From Escherichia phage T4, in the sequence record MZ375356.1: a stretch of DNA of 64,000 bases. One strand, written 5' to 3'. Every line of letters starts with the position of its first letter. Position 1 is the stretch's first letter. Position numbers and translations under genes: made by a program. A model generated the notes under the pieces. The model saw only the letters and a list, made by a program, of their open reading frames with translations. It was not told the DNA's origin and did not search any database. This document shows, in pieces, positions 28,717 to 38,627 of this stretch.

Positions 28717-29271
28717 TATGATAATGATACTTCATTAGAAGTAACGCTTAGTGCATCATAATCTGTCGCGGTTACTTGGGCTACGCATTTAATTCTTTTT
28801 ACTCCACTTGTAGTTGGAGTATAGCTAAATGTAGAGTTAGTTTCTCCACCAACTTGTGAATCATCTACATACCACTGATACGTAGCAGATGCTCCATCAG
28901 GTTGAGAAGCTAAGGCAGCAGTAAATTGAACTGGGGTTCCAATCACTCCAGCCGCAGGACTAGCAGGAGTTACGGCTAAGGTAGTCGTCTGTGTCTTATT
29001 TTTAACTGTGATAGTTGTTGTCGCTTCAGCCGTTTCCGGGCCTCCTTCAGAAAGTGTATTTGTTGCAACTACTTTAATAGTCTTTTGACCGGCAGGTCCT
29101 TTTAGCATAACTAAAAGTTGCTTCAGCTCCATCTTGTGGAACATTATCTACGCTCCAAGCATATGTAATAGTTCCGCCTCCAGTTTGACCACTGGGTGTA
29201 GCAGTAAACTGCTTAGTTTCATCAATAACCCCTGTAGGTGTTTTAGGAGTTATATCAACTGTAAAAGTCAT
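28716..29271 (-). pseudogene. hoc: outer capsid protein Hoc, frame-disrupted and lacking the C-terminal half
   Basis: Ig-like N-terminal ORF (29074-29271, MTFTVDITPKTPTG...) and a second Ig-like ORF (28716-29144) in another frame; 556 nt covers about 185 codons, versus about 376 aa for T4 Hoc. Confidence 0.8.
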
Positions 29272-29280
29272 AAGTTATCC

Positions 29281-29961
29281 TTATTTTAATGTTACGAAAG
29301 AAGAGTTGCGTGTTTCACGAATTAAAACTGATCCATCGCGATTAATGTAATAAATTAAGCTAAATAAAGTTTGGTGTGCTGACGCATGTTCAAAACTAGT
29401 TGGGTGAGATTTCCAATCAGGAGTTTCAGCAATCCATTGATAAATCCACCAAGGAACAGTACAGAATCCTGGATTTTTTCCAATCAGTTGAAGATTCGGA
29501 CTAAAGTTTTCCGGAAGAGTAAATACAGACGGCTTTTCAGATTCAATAATCTCAGCTACAGCCTGTTCGAATTTTTCTTCAACAAAAGGAGTATCTTCAA
29601 TCAAAACATCGGTATTTTCAGGAATTTTATCCGTTTCTACTACTTCAATTTTAATGTCAGATTTAATCGGAGAATCAATCAGAAGTGCTGCTTCTGGATT
29701 GACTTCTTCATCGTCATATTTTAATCCCTCTGCGGCATCAGCAGCATCAATTAAGTCTTTAATAGATAACCCATCAGTCTCTGGCATAGGTTCACTAGCG
29801 AGCTTCTGGAGGGCTTCTTCAATATCAACAACGATATTATCAAAAGATTTATTCTTTTTGACCTTTATACCAAACTGTTCAGCATATTCAGCTAATTTAG
29901 CTTTAGCTTCTTTGTTATCATCAAGAGCCTTCAGCTCTGCAATATAATCTTTATCTATCAT
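29281..29961 (-). CDS. inh: acidic 226-aa protein at the T4 inh position (inhibitor of prohead protease)
   Basis: Position between hoc and segE; identity rests on synteny and partial recall. Confidence 0.55.
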   Translation of the reverse strand: MIDKDYIAELKALDDNKEAKAKLAEYAEQFGIKVKKNKSFDNIVVDIEEALQKLASEPMPETDGLSIKDLIDAADAAEGLKYDDEEVNPEAALLIDSPIKSDIKIEVVETDKIPENTDVLIEDTPFVEEKFEQAVAEIIESEKPSVFTLPENFSPNLQLIGKNPGFCTVPWWIYQWIAETPDWKSHPTSFEHASAHQTLFSLIYYINRDGSVLIRETRNSSFVTLK

Positions 29962-29974
29962 AATATTTCCTCAG

Positions 29975-29982
29975 TATAAATA
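29975..29982 (+). promoter_or_regulatory. T4 late promoter (TATAAATA) for segE
   Basis: Exact TATAAATA 28 nt upstream of the segE ATG. Confidence 0.6.
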
Positions 29983-30009
29983 TAGATTATTTATTACTCG
30001 GAAAATAGT

Positions 30010-30538
30010 ATGTACCACTTTGTATATGAAACAACAAATCTAATAAATGGTAAAAAGTATATAGGAAAGCACTCTACTGATGACTTGAATGATGGTTACC
30101 TTGGTTCCGGTAAGGCAATTCAGCAGGCTATAAAGAAATATGGTGAAAACAATTTCTCTAGAACAATACTAAAAGAGTTTAAAACTTCCGAAGAAGCGTA
30201 CATGTATGAAGAAGAAATTATAACTCCTGAACTAATAAAAAGCAAAAATTATAATATGAAACCTGGTGGAATTGGTGGAATTGGTGGAATTGTTATGACT
30301 ACAGATGTTATAGCAAAGATGAAAGAATCTTCCGCTAAAAGATTTGAAAACTCACCGGGCACGGTATTAGGTAAAACTTGTTACTAATGGAACTAAAAAT
30401 ATTTTTATTAAACCTGGAGAACTTGTTCCAGAAGGATTTGTAAAAGGGATGGTTCATCCTAATAGAAAGTCCAGAAAAGGATGTAAAGTCAAACCGACTA
30501 CCACAGGAACTTTTTGGGTCAATAATGGCGCAAAATAA
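30010..30538 (+). pseudogene. segE: GIY-YIG homing endonuclease SegE, frame-disrupted
   Basis: 125-aa ORF with GIY-YIG motif (KKYIGKHSTD...GYLGSG) stops at 30387; the C-terminal continuation (TNGTKNIFIKPGELVPEGFVKG...) runs in the +1 frame to 30538; 529 nt is not a multiple of 3. Confidence 0.75.
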
Positions 30539-30629
30539 ATTAATACAACCAGACGGTATTATTCCCGACGGATTTATTAAAGGTCGTCTCATGAAAAGAG
30601 ATTCTAAAGGCAAATTTAGTAAGGCAATT

Positions 30630-32138
30630 ATGGATATTAAAGTACATTTTCACGACTTCAGTCATGTACGCATCGATTGTGAAGAGAGCACGTTCCACGA
30701 ATTAAGAGATTTCTTTTCGTTTGAGGCCGATGGATATAGATTTAATCCTCGCTTCAGATATGGCAACTGGGATGGACGAATCCGTCTTTTAGATTATAAT
30801 CGTCTTCTTCCATTCGGCTTAGTCGGGCAAATTAAAAAATTCTGTGATAATTTTGGCTATAAAGCCTGGATTGACCCACAAATTAACGAAAAAGAAGAAT
30901 TATCAAGAAAAGATTTTGATGAATGGCTTTCTAAATTAGAAATCTATTCAGGAAATAAAAGAATTGAACCGCACTGGTATCAAAAAGATGCAGTGTTCGA
31001 AGGATTAGTTAATCGTCGTAGAATTCTTAATCTTCCAACATCTGCAGGTAAATCTTTAATTCAAGCTTTGCTTGCGCGATATTATTTGGAAAATTATGAA
31101 GGTAAAATTCTTATCATTGTTCCAACAACTGCTCTGACAACTCAGATGGCTGATGACTTCGTCGACTATCGTTTATTCAGCCATGCAATGATAAAGAAAA
31201 TTGGTGGCGGAGCATCAAAAGATGATAAATATAAAAATGATGCACCAGTCGTTGTTGGTACATGGCAAACTGTAGTAAAACAACCGAAAGAATGGTTCTC
31301 ACAGTTTGGAATGATGATGAATGATGAATGCCATCTTGCTACAGGAAAAAGTATTTCATCTATCATATCAGGTTTAAATAACTGCATGTTCAAATTCGGT
31401 TTGTCTGGTTCATTACGTGATGGCAAAGCCAATATCATGCAGTATGTTGGAATGTTTGGTGAAATATTTAAACCAGTAACGACTTCTAAATTAATGGAAG
31501 ATGGACAAGTAACTGAGCTAAAAATTAATAGTATTTTTCTTCGCTATCCCGATGAGTTCACTACTAAATTAAAGGGAAAAACTTACCAAGAAGAAATAAA
31601 AATTATTACTGGGCTTAGTAAAAGAAATAAATGGATCGCTAAATTAGCTATTAAGCTTGCGCAAAAAGATGAAAACGCTTTTGTCATGTTTAAACATGTA
31701 TCGCATGGTAAAGCTATTTTCGATTTAATTAAAAATGAATACGATAAAGTTTATTACGTATCAGGGGAAGTTGATACCGAAACCCGCAATATAATGAAAA
31801 CCTTAGCTGAAAATGGTAAAGGAATAATTATAGTAGCTAGTTATGGTGTATTTTCTACTGGTATTTCAGTTAAAAATCTGCATCACGTTGTTTTAGCGCA
31901 CGGTGTTAAATCAAAAATCATTGTATTACAAACAATCGGTCGTGTATTACGTAAGCATGGTTCTAAGACAATAGCAACAGTCTGGGACCTCATAGATGAC
32001 GCAGGCGTCAAGCCAAAATCTGCTAATACGAAAAAGAAATATGTTCATTTGAACTATCTTTTAAAACACGGCATTGATCGTATTCAGCGCTACGCAGATG
32101 AAAAATTTAATTACGTAATGAAAACAGTTAATTTATAA
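30630..32138 (+). CDS. uvsW: UvsW helicase (SF2, recombination/repair)
   Basis: 502 aa from MDIKVHFHDF; Walker A (PTSAGKS) and DEAH-like (MNDECH) motifs; the ORF is open 35 codons further upstream (30525). Confidence 0.92.
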   Translation: MDIKVHFHDFSHVRIDCEESTFHELRDFFSFEADGYRFNPRFRYGNWDGRIRLLDYNRLLPFGLVGQIKKFCDNFGYKAWIDPQINEKEELSRKDFDEWLSKLEIYSGNKRIEPHWYQKDAVFEGLVNRRRILNLPTSAGKSLIQALLARYYLENYEGKILIIVPTTALTTQMADDFVDYRLFSHAMIKKIGGGASKDDKYKNDAPVVVGTWQTVVKQPKEWFSQFGMMMNDECHLATGKSISSIISGLNNCMFKFGLSGSLRDGKANIMQYVGMFGEIFKPVTTSKLMEDGQVTELKINSIFLRYPDEFTTKLKGKTYQEEIKIITGLSKRNKWIAKLAIKLAQKDENAFVMFKHVSHGKAIFDLIKNEYDKVYYVSGEVDTETRNIMKTLAENGKGIIIVASYGVFSTGISVKNLHHVVLAHGVKSKIIVLQTIGRVLRKHGSKTIATVWDLIDDAGVKPKSANTKKKYVHLNYLLKHGIDRIQRYADEKFNYVMKTVNL

Positions 32139-32140
32139 GG

Positions 32141-32152
32141 GCTTCGGCCCTT
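32141..32152 (+). other. short hairpin (gggc-TTCG-gccc) between uvsW and uvsW.1
   Basis: Inverted repeat read directly. Confidence 0.45.
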
Positions 32153-32394
32153 TGGAGAAAAAGATGTTACTAGAATTTAAACAATTTCTTTATGAAGCTT
32201 CTATTGATGAATTTATGGGTAAAATTGCCTCTTGTCAAACATTAGAAGGTTTAGAAGAACTTGAAGCTTATTATAAGAAAAGAGTCAAAGAAACTGAATT
32301 AAAAGATACTGATGACATCTCTGTGAGAGATGCTTTGGCAGGAAAAAGAGCTGAATTAGAAGATTCAGACGATGAAGTAGAAGAAAGCTTTTAA
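32152..32394 (+). CDS. uvsW.1: UvsW.1-like small acidic protein
   Basis: 80-aa ORF directly after uvsW; the start may be the internal Met at 32164. Confidence 0.7.
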   Translation: MEKKMLLEFKQFLYEASIDEFMGKIASCQTLEGLEELEAYYKKRVKETELKDTDDISVRDALAGKRAELEDSDDEVEESF

Positions 32395-32449
32395 ATTAAA
32401 AAAGGCCCAACCAAAAAGGAAGGGCCAAAACTATAGACTAAAGGTCACA

Positions 32450-32617
32450 CTATAGCAAAAGTTGTGTTTCATTTAATTGTTCTTCCGAACTTTCTGAAAC
32501 TGGTAGTTCTTTAATGTAATTATAGCAAGGCCCAGGATGTACAGGACCTTTGTCTGTTTCAACAACCAATGCAGAATCGATTGGAGTTTTACAGACAACA
32601 CAAATCTTATCTGACAT
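32450..32617 (-). CDS. 55-aa CxxC...C small protein (positional equivalent of T4 uvsY.-2)
   Basis: Manually translated: MSDKICVVCKTPIDSALVVETDKGPVHPGPCYNY...; below the ORF-track length cutoff. Confidence 0.5.
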   Translation of the reverse strand: MSDKICVVCKTPIDSALVVETDKGPVHPGPCYNYIKELPVSESSEEQLNETQLLL

Positions 32618-32643
32618 GATTGTCTCCTCTGAATTATATCTAT

Positions 32644-32802
32644 TTATACAACTCTCATATGCATATCAATGCCCATATCTTTAGAATAAAAATATTCATC
32701 AAGATATCCGGCAAATTTTCCTTTAATATAAAGGACATCTTCACCACACGGGTGGTCGGCCAGGATACGAATATCCTGACGCTTAAGATTATGCTTTTTC
32801 AT
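32644..32802 (-). CDS. 52-aa small protein (positional equivalent of T4 uvsY.-1); start uncertain
   Basis: Manually translated MKKHNLKRQDIRILADHPCGEDVLYIKGKFAGYLDEYFYSKDMGIDMHMRVV; the frame is open further upstream without an ATG. Confidence 0.4.
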   Translation of the reverse strand: MKKHNLKRQDIRILADHPCGEDVLYIKGKFAGYLDEYFYSKDMGIDMHMRVV

Positions 32803-32865
32803 TAAGAATTGAATTTCCGTTTCAAATTCTTCTTCATAATTAAAAGCATCATCAATGCTATCTCA

Positions 32866-33279
32866 TTATTTTCCAGCCTCAAATGCTCGCATGTCTTGAA
32901 TATGCTTAATAGCAAATCCACGTGATTTAATAGCATCAAGAGCTCCGCTACAGAAATCTAATAAAATCCCCCAATACTGCAACGAGGTATCAACCTTTAA
33001 AACATCCTTATCCGCTGATAGAACTGTCTTCATTTCTGATTTCTCGTAACGATCCATACTAAATTCATCACCATCTCCTCGTCCCGAGTAGTAGTCTAAT
33101 CTAGCTTTAAGAGCAACTTTTTTCTGTGCTTCAATTCTAAGCATTTCCTTTTTAATACTTGAATGCTTATTAAGCCATTTACTATATAACATCACATTAT
33201 TAGCTGCTTCATACTGTAATTTAGTCGAATCTATAAACACATCTTTCTTCAATTCTTCTTGAAGATCTTCTAATCTCAT
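32866..33279 (-). CDS. uvsY: recombination mediator UvsY
   Basis: 137-aa ORF starting MRLEDLQEELKKDVF. Confidence 0.92.
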   Translation of the reverse strand: MRLEDLQEELKKDVFIDSTKLQYEAANNVMLYSKWLNKHSSIKKEMLRIEAQKKVALKARLDYYSGRGDGDEFSMDRYEKSEMKTVLSADKDVLKVDTSLQYWGILLDFCSGALDAIKSRGFAIKHIQDMRAFEAGK

Positions 33280-33296
33280 ATTGTTCTCTATTCAAT

Positions 33297-33335
33297 TGTT
33301 ATTGGTTGTTATTGGATGTTATTGGATGTTATTGG
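33297..33335. repeat. four tandem 10-bp repeats (t/a)TGTTATTGG in the uvsY leader
   Basis: Direct reading: ttgttattgg ttgttattgg atgttattgg atgttattgg. Confidence 0.9.
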
Positions 33336-33349
33336 ATGGACTTAGATTC

Positions 33350-33376
33350 ATTATACCACGTTTTAACGTGAAGCAT
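33350..33376 (-). promoter_or_regulatory. MotA-dependent middle promoter for uvsY (MotA box ATGCTTCA, -10 TATAAT)
   Basis: Minus strand reads AATGCTTCA-N13-TATAAT; MotA box at 33369-33376 and -10 at 33350-33355; overlaps the 3' end of gene 25. Confidence 0.65.
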
Positions 33377-33774
33377 TATACTCTATTACTGGAAGCCAGC
33401 TGCAGTTTTATCTGCTCAATATCATCAGGATTATCGATGACCGAAAAGCGTATTTCTACTATCAGAGTATAATCGTCATAAACGGGTATCACATTAACTG
33501 CTAATTTATCAATACGTGGCTCATAGTTTCTTACTGCGCTTTCGATATTGCGTTCAACCGTGTCAGCAGTAAGAGGAGTCATATTTTCAAAAAGCTGGTC
33601 TGATAAATCACATCCAAATTCAGGGTCAAACGGTCTTGAACCTTTTCTTGTTGTAATAATTCCCAAAAGACTGTTTTTAATTGACCTTAATCCAAGCGAT
33701 CTGGAAACGTCTTTGTTCCAATCCATTTTCATTTCCGGGTCAATATCAGAATAAAGCTTATTAATATTTGCCAT
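33376..33774 (-). CDS. 25: baseplate wedge protein gp25
   Basis: 132-aa ORF starting [22 protein letters not shown]. Confidence 0.92.
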   Translation of the reverse strand: MANINKLYSDIDPEMKMDWNKDVSRSLGLRSIKNSLLGIITTRKGSRPFDPEFGCDLSDQLFENMTPLTADTVERNIESAVRNYEPRIDKLAVNVIPVYDDYTLIVEIRFSVIDNPDDIEQIKLQLASSNRV

Positions 33775-34400
33775 TATAGTAACTCAAAGAACTCTTTGAG
33801 GCCTCTTATTACGTGAGCATGGGTTTTTCCACACTCTGGACACTTAATTGGAACAGCCAAATAAACGGTAGGCTTTAAAAGCATATCTTTTATAGCTACA
33901 ATATCTGACTCTGTGATGATAGAATATAAATCTTCTAGTTCCTTTTCATTTAAGTCTTCAACTGGAATGCTTTCCCCGTTAGCATGAATCGTTTCTATAC
34001 ATGATACTATCATGTGGGCTATATTTTTATCATCAAAAATTTTAGGGTATCGGAATTTAATTTTAATGTCACCTAGTGTATACCAGAGGTCTTCTGGTGC
34101 ATCTATTTGTGTATGTAATAGATTTATATGGGTTGGTATTTCAGTTCCACAGGTGCACTTCCAGGAGTTTTCGTGATTAACTTCACCGAGAGAATGTGCC
34201 CATAAATGAATCAACAATAGTTCTGATTCTTGGCGGTTTAAATCTTTTGCATTTGTGCAGTCTTTGATTAGCTTTTTAACAATTACTTCTACGGAACCAT
34301 TATTTTTGGCAGTAATAAGTTCTAGATATTCTTTAAGCGTGAATGCGCGACAATTGATTATTTTAGAACCAACTCTCACATCAAATTTGTATTCATACAT
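33774..34400 (-). CDS. 26: baseplate hub protein gp26
   Basis: 208-aa ORF matching T4 gp26 position and length. Confidence 0.88.
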   Translation of the reverse strand: MYEYKFDVRVGSKIINCRAFTLKEYLELITAKNNGSVEVIVKKLIKDCTNAKDLNRQESELLLIHLWAHSLGEVNHENSWKCTCGTEIPTHINLLHTQIDAPEDLWYTLGDIKIKFRYPKIFDDKNIAHMIVSCIETIHANGESIPVEDLNEKELEDLYSIITESDIVAIKDMLLKPTVYLAVPIKCPECGKTHAHVIRGLKEFFELL

Positions 34401-34421
34401 ATTTAGCTCCTTTATTTATCA

Positions 34422-34433
34422 TATTTATAAATA
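34422..34433. promoter_or_regulatory. divergent, overlapping late promoters (TATTTATAAATA) for gene 26 (-) and gene 51 (+)
   Basis: Forward TATAAATA at 34426-34433; reverse-complement TATAAATA at 34422-34429. Confidence 0.65.
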
Positions 34434-34450
34434 GAATAAAAGGAGCATCT

Positions 34451-35200
34451 ATGGCAAACATTATTCGTTGTAAATTACCAGATGGTGTTCATCGTTTTAA
34501 ACCATTTACGGTAGAAGATTATCGAGATTTTTTGTTAGTTCGAAACGATATAGAACATCGGTCACCACAAGAACAAAAAGAAATAATTACTGATTTAATT
34601 GATGATTATTTTGGAGACTATCCGAAGACTTGGCAACCATTTATATTTTTGCAGGTATTTGTAGGGTCAATAGGTAAAACTAAAGTACCGGTCACATTTA
34701 TATGTCCAAAATGTAAAAAAGAAAAGACAGTTCCATTTGAAATATATCAAAAAGAATTAAAGGAACCTGTTTTTGATGTAGCTAATGTTAAAATTAAATT
34801 AAAGTTTCCTTCTGAGTTTTATGAAAATAAAGCAAAGATGATTACTGAAAATATTCATTCTGTTCAAGTAGATGAAATATGGTATGATTGGAAGGAAATT
34901 AGCGAGTCCAGTCAAATAGAACTAGTTGACGCCATCGAGATAGAAACATTAGAAAAAATTCTCGATGCAATGAATCCTATTAATTTAACTCTACACATGT
35001 CATGCTGTAATAAGTACATTAAAAAATACACTGATATAGTAGACGTGTTTAAGCTATTAGTTAACCCAGATGAGATATTTACTTTTTATCAAATTAATCA
35101 CACACTCGTAAAAAGTAATTATAGCTTAAATTCAATAATGAAAATGATTCCTGCCGAGCGCGGATTCGTATTAAAACTGATTGAGAAGGATAAACAATAA
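34451..35200 (+). CDS. 51: baseplate hub assembly protein gp51
   Basis: 249-aa ORF matching T4 gp51. Confidence 0.88.
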
Positions 35201-36375
35201 TGAGTATGTTGCAACGCCCCGGATATCCAAATCTCAGCGTTAAATTATTTGATAGCTACGACGCTTGGAGTAATAATAGATTTGTTGAATTAGCTGCTAC
35301 TATTACCACATTAACTATGCGGGATTCTCTTTATGGCCGAAATGAAGGAATGCTGCAGTTTTATGATTCTAAAAACATCCATACAAAAATGGATGGAAAT
35401 GAAATAATTCAGATTTCTGTAGCTAATGCAAATGATATTAATAATGTTAAAACACGAATTTATGGATGTAAGCATTTTTCCGTGTCAGTAGATTCAAAAG
35501 GTGATAACATCATTGCTATTGAATTGGGAACTATTCATTCTATAGAAAATCTTAAATTTGGTAGACCATTTTTCCCTGATGCAGGTGAATCTATAAAAGA
35601 AATGCTTGGTGTCATTTATCAGGATCGCACATTATTAACTCCAGCAATAAATGCTATAAATGCTTATGTTCCTGATATTCCATGGACTAGCACATTTGAA
35701 AACTATTTGTCATATGTAAGAGAAGTTGCTCTAGCTGTAGGAAGCGACAAATTTGTATTTGTATGGCAAGACATCATGGGCGTTAACATGATGGACTATG
35801 ATATGATGATAAATCAAGAACCATATCCAATGATTGTCGGTGAGCCATCTTTAATAGGTCAATTCATCCAAGAATTAAAATATCCATTAGCATATGATTT
35901 CGTTTGGTTGACTAAATCGAATCCTCACAAACGTGACCCAATGAAAAACGCTACTATCTATGCGCATTCATTTTTAGATTCTTCAATACCAATGATTACT
36001 ACAGGAAAGGGTGAAAACTCTATTGTGGTGTCAAGGTCAGGTGCTTATTCTGAAATGACTTATAGGAATGGATATGAAGAAGCTATTCGTCTTCAAACTA
36101 TGGCACAATATGACGGCTATGCTAAATGTTCTACTATCGGTAATTTTAACTTGACTCCTGGTGTTAAAATTATTTTTAATGATAGTAAAAACCAATTTAA
36201 AACAGAATTTTACGTTGATGAAGTTATCCATGAATTATCCAATAATAATTCAGTAACTCATCTATATATGTTCACTAATGCAACGAAACTGGAAACAATA
36301 GACCCAGTTAAGGTTAAAAATGAATTTAAATCTGATACTACCACTGAAGAAAGTAGTTCTTCCAATAAGCAATAA
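35200..36375 (+). CDS. 27: baseplate hub protein gp27
   Basis: 391-aa ORF matching T4 gp27. Confidence 0.9.
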
Positions 36376-36853
36376 AGAAGTTTCTATTCCTAAAATGGGT
36401 CTTAAACATTATAACATTTTAAAAGATGTTAAAGGTCCTGATGAAAATTTAAAACTTCTCATTGATTCTATTTGTCCGAATTTATCACCGGCAGAAGTTG
36501 ATTTCGTTTCTATTCATTTATTGGAATTTAATGGAAAGATTAAATCTCGTAAAGAAATAGATGGTTATACTTATGACATTAATGATGTTTATGTATGCCA
36601 AAGATTGGAATTTCAATACCAAGGAAATACATTTTATTTTAGACCTCCTGGAAAATTTGAACAATTTTTAACGGTGAGCGATATGTTATCTAAATGCTTA
36701 CTTAGGGTCAACGATGAAGTTAAAGAAATTAATTTTCTTGAGATGCCAGCATTCGTTTTAAAATGGGCAAATGATATTTTTACAACTTTAGCAATTCCTG
36801 GCCCTAATGGTCCAATAACTGGAATTGGCAATATTATTGGATTATTTGAATGA
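36320..36853 (+). CDS. 28: baseplate hub distal protein gp28
   Basis: 177-aa ORF overlapping the end of gp27 by 56 nt; the start may be further downstream. Confidence 0.8.
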
Positions 36854-38619
36854 AAAAGCCACAAGAAATGCAAACGATGCGTAGAAAAGTTATTTCAGAT
36901 AATAAACCAACACAGGAAGCGGCTAAATCCGCTTCTAATACTTTATCTGGGCTTAATGACATATCTACGAAATTGGATGATGCTCAAGCTGCTTCTGAAT
37001 TAATAGCTCAAACTGTCGAAGAAAAATCGAATGAAATAATTGGAGCAATTGACAATGTAGAAAGCGCAGTGAGTGATACTACTGCCGGTTCTGAGTTAAT
37101 TGCTGAAACTGTCGAAATTGGCAACAATATTAATAAAGAAATCGGTGAATCGCTCGGAAGCAAATTAGATAAATTAACAAGTTTACTAGAGCAAAAAATC
37201 CAGACAGCTGGAATTCAACAGACTGGAACTAGTTTAGCTACGGTTGAAAGCGCTATTCCTGTTAAAGTCGTTGAGGATGATACTGCTGAATCTGTGGGTC
37301 CTTTATTACCAGCTCCTGAAGCAGTTAATAATGATCCTGACGCTGATTTTTTCCCTACCCCTCAGCCAGTTGAGCCAAAGCAAGAATCACCAGAAGAAAA
37401 ACAGAAAAAAGAAGCATTTAACTTAAAATTATCTCAAGCTTTAGATAAATTAACGAAGACTGTTGATTTTGGATTTAAAAAATCCATTTCAATTACTGAT
37501 AAAATATCAAGCATGCTATTTAAGTACACCGTCAGTGCTGCTATTGAAGCTGCTAAAATGACTGCAATGATATTGGCTGTTGTTGTTGGAATAGACCTTT
37601 TGATGATTCACTTTAAATACTGGTCAGATAAATTTTCAAAAGCCTGGGATTTGTTTAGTACAGACTTTACCAAATTCTCTAGCGAAACCGGAACTTGGGG
37701 TCCTTTATTACAGAGCATCTTTGATTCTATTGATAAAATTAAACAACTTTGGGAAGCGGGAGATTGGGGTGGATTGACAGTAGCTATTGTTGAAGGGCTT
37801 GGAAAGGTTCTTTTTAATTTAGGTGAACTTATTCAATTAGGTATGGCTAAATTATCTGCAGCAATTCTTCGAGTCATTCCTGGTATGAAGGATACTGCTG
37901 ATGAAGTAGAAGGAAGAGCATTAGAAAATTTCCAAAATTCTACTGGAGCATCTCTCAATAAAGAAGACCAAGAAAAAGTAGCAAATTATCAAGATAAACG
38001 AATGAATGGAGACCTTGGCCCAATAGCAGAAGGACTAGACAAAATCTCTAACTGGAAAACTCGTGCATCTAACTGGATTCGTGGTGTAGATAATAAAGAA
38101 GCGCTGACTACCGACGAAGAGCGTGCGGCAGAAGAAGAAAAATTAAAGCAACTTTCACCGGAAGAAAGAAAAAATGCTTTAATGAAGGCTAATGAAGCTC
38201 GTGCTGCGATGATTCGTTTTGAAAAATATGCCGATTCAGCTGATATGAGTAAAGACTCAACGGTTAAATCAGTTGAAGCTGCCTATGAAGACCTTAAAAA
38301 ACGGATGGATGACCCGGATAATAATTCACCGGCAGTTAAAAAAGAACTTGCTGCTAGATTTTCTAAAATTGATGCTACTTATCAAGAGCTCAAGAAAAAT
38401 CAGCCTAATGCCAAACCTGAAACTTCTGCTAAATCACCAGAAGCGAAACAAGTCCAGGTGATTGAAAAGAACAAAGCACAGCAAGCTCCTGTTCAACAAG
38501 CATCTCCTTCGATCAATAATACTAATAATGTTATTAAGAAAAATACTGTCGTTCATAATATGACACCTGTAACGAGCACGACTGCTCCTGGTGTATTTGA
38601 TGCGACTGGAGTTAATTAA
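36850..38619 (+). CDS. 29: tail length tape-measure / hub protein gp29
   Basis: 589-aa ORF at the T4 gp29 position. Confidence 0.9.
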   Translation: MKKPQEMQTMRRKVISDNKPTQEAAKSASNTLSGLNDISTKLDDAQAASELIAQTVEEKSNEIIGAIDNVESAVSDTTAGSELIAETVEIGNNINKEIGESLGSKLDKLTSLLEQKIQTAGIQQTGTSLATVESAIPVKVVEDDTAESVGPLLPAPEAVNNDPDADFFPTPQPVEPKQESPEEKQKKEAFNLKLSQALDKLTKTVDFGFKKSISITDKISSMLFKYTVSAAIEAAKMTAMILAVVVGIDLLMIHFKYWSDKFSKAWDLFSTDFTKFSSETGTWGPLLQSIFDSIDKIKQLWEAGDWGGLTVAIVEGLGKVLFNLGELIQLGMAKLSAAILRVIPGMKDTADEVEGRALENFQNSTGASLNKEDQEKVANYQDKRMNGDLGPIAEGLDKISNWKTRASNWIRGVDNKEALTTDEERAAEEEKLKQLSPEERKNALMKANEARAAMIRFEKYADSADMSKDSTVKSVEAAYEDLKKRMDDPDNNSPAVKKELAARFSKIDATYQELKKNQPNAKPETSAKSPEAKQVQVIEKNKAQQAPVQQASPSINNTNNVIKKNTVVHNMTPVTSTTAPGVFDATGVN

Positions 38620-38627
38620 GGAATAAT

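Noticed and set aside
29386-29947. Two plus-strand ORFs (112 and 97 aa) opposite the acidic gene at 29281-29961
   Set aside because: Antisense readings of the acidic, repeat-rich gene; no independent support.
30525-30629. A 35-codon N-terminal extension of uvsW (MAQNKLIQPDG...)
   Set aside because: The UvsW N-terminus I recognise starts MDIKVHFHDF at 30630; the upstream open frame more likely reflects the diverged segE-derived repeat than UvsW coding sequence.
32620-32805. 61-aa plus-strand ORF
   Set aside because: It lies antisense to the better-supported minus-strand small ORF at 32644-32802 and has an AT-rich, low-complexity composition.
33297-33335. Possible CRISPR array
   Set aside because: Only four directly adjacent 10-bp repeats with no spacers; it is a simple tandem repeat in a promoter leader.
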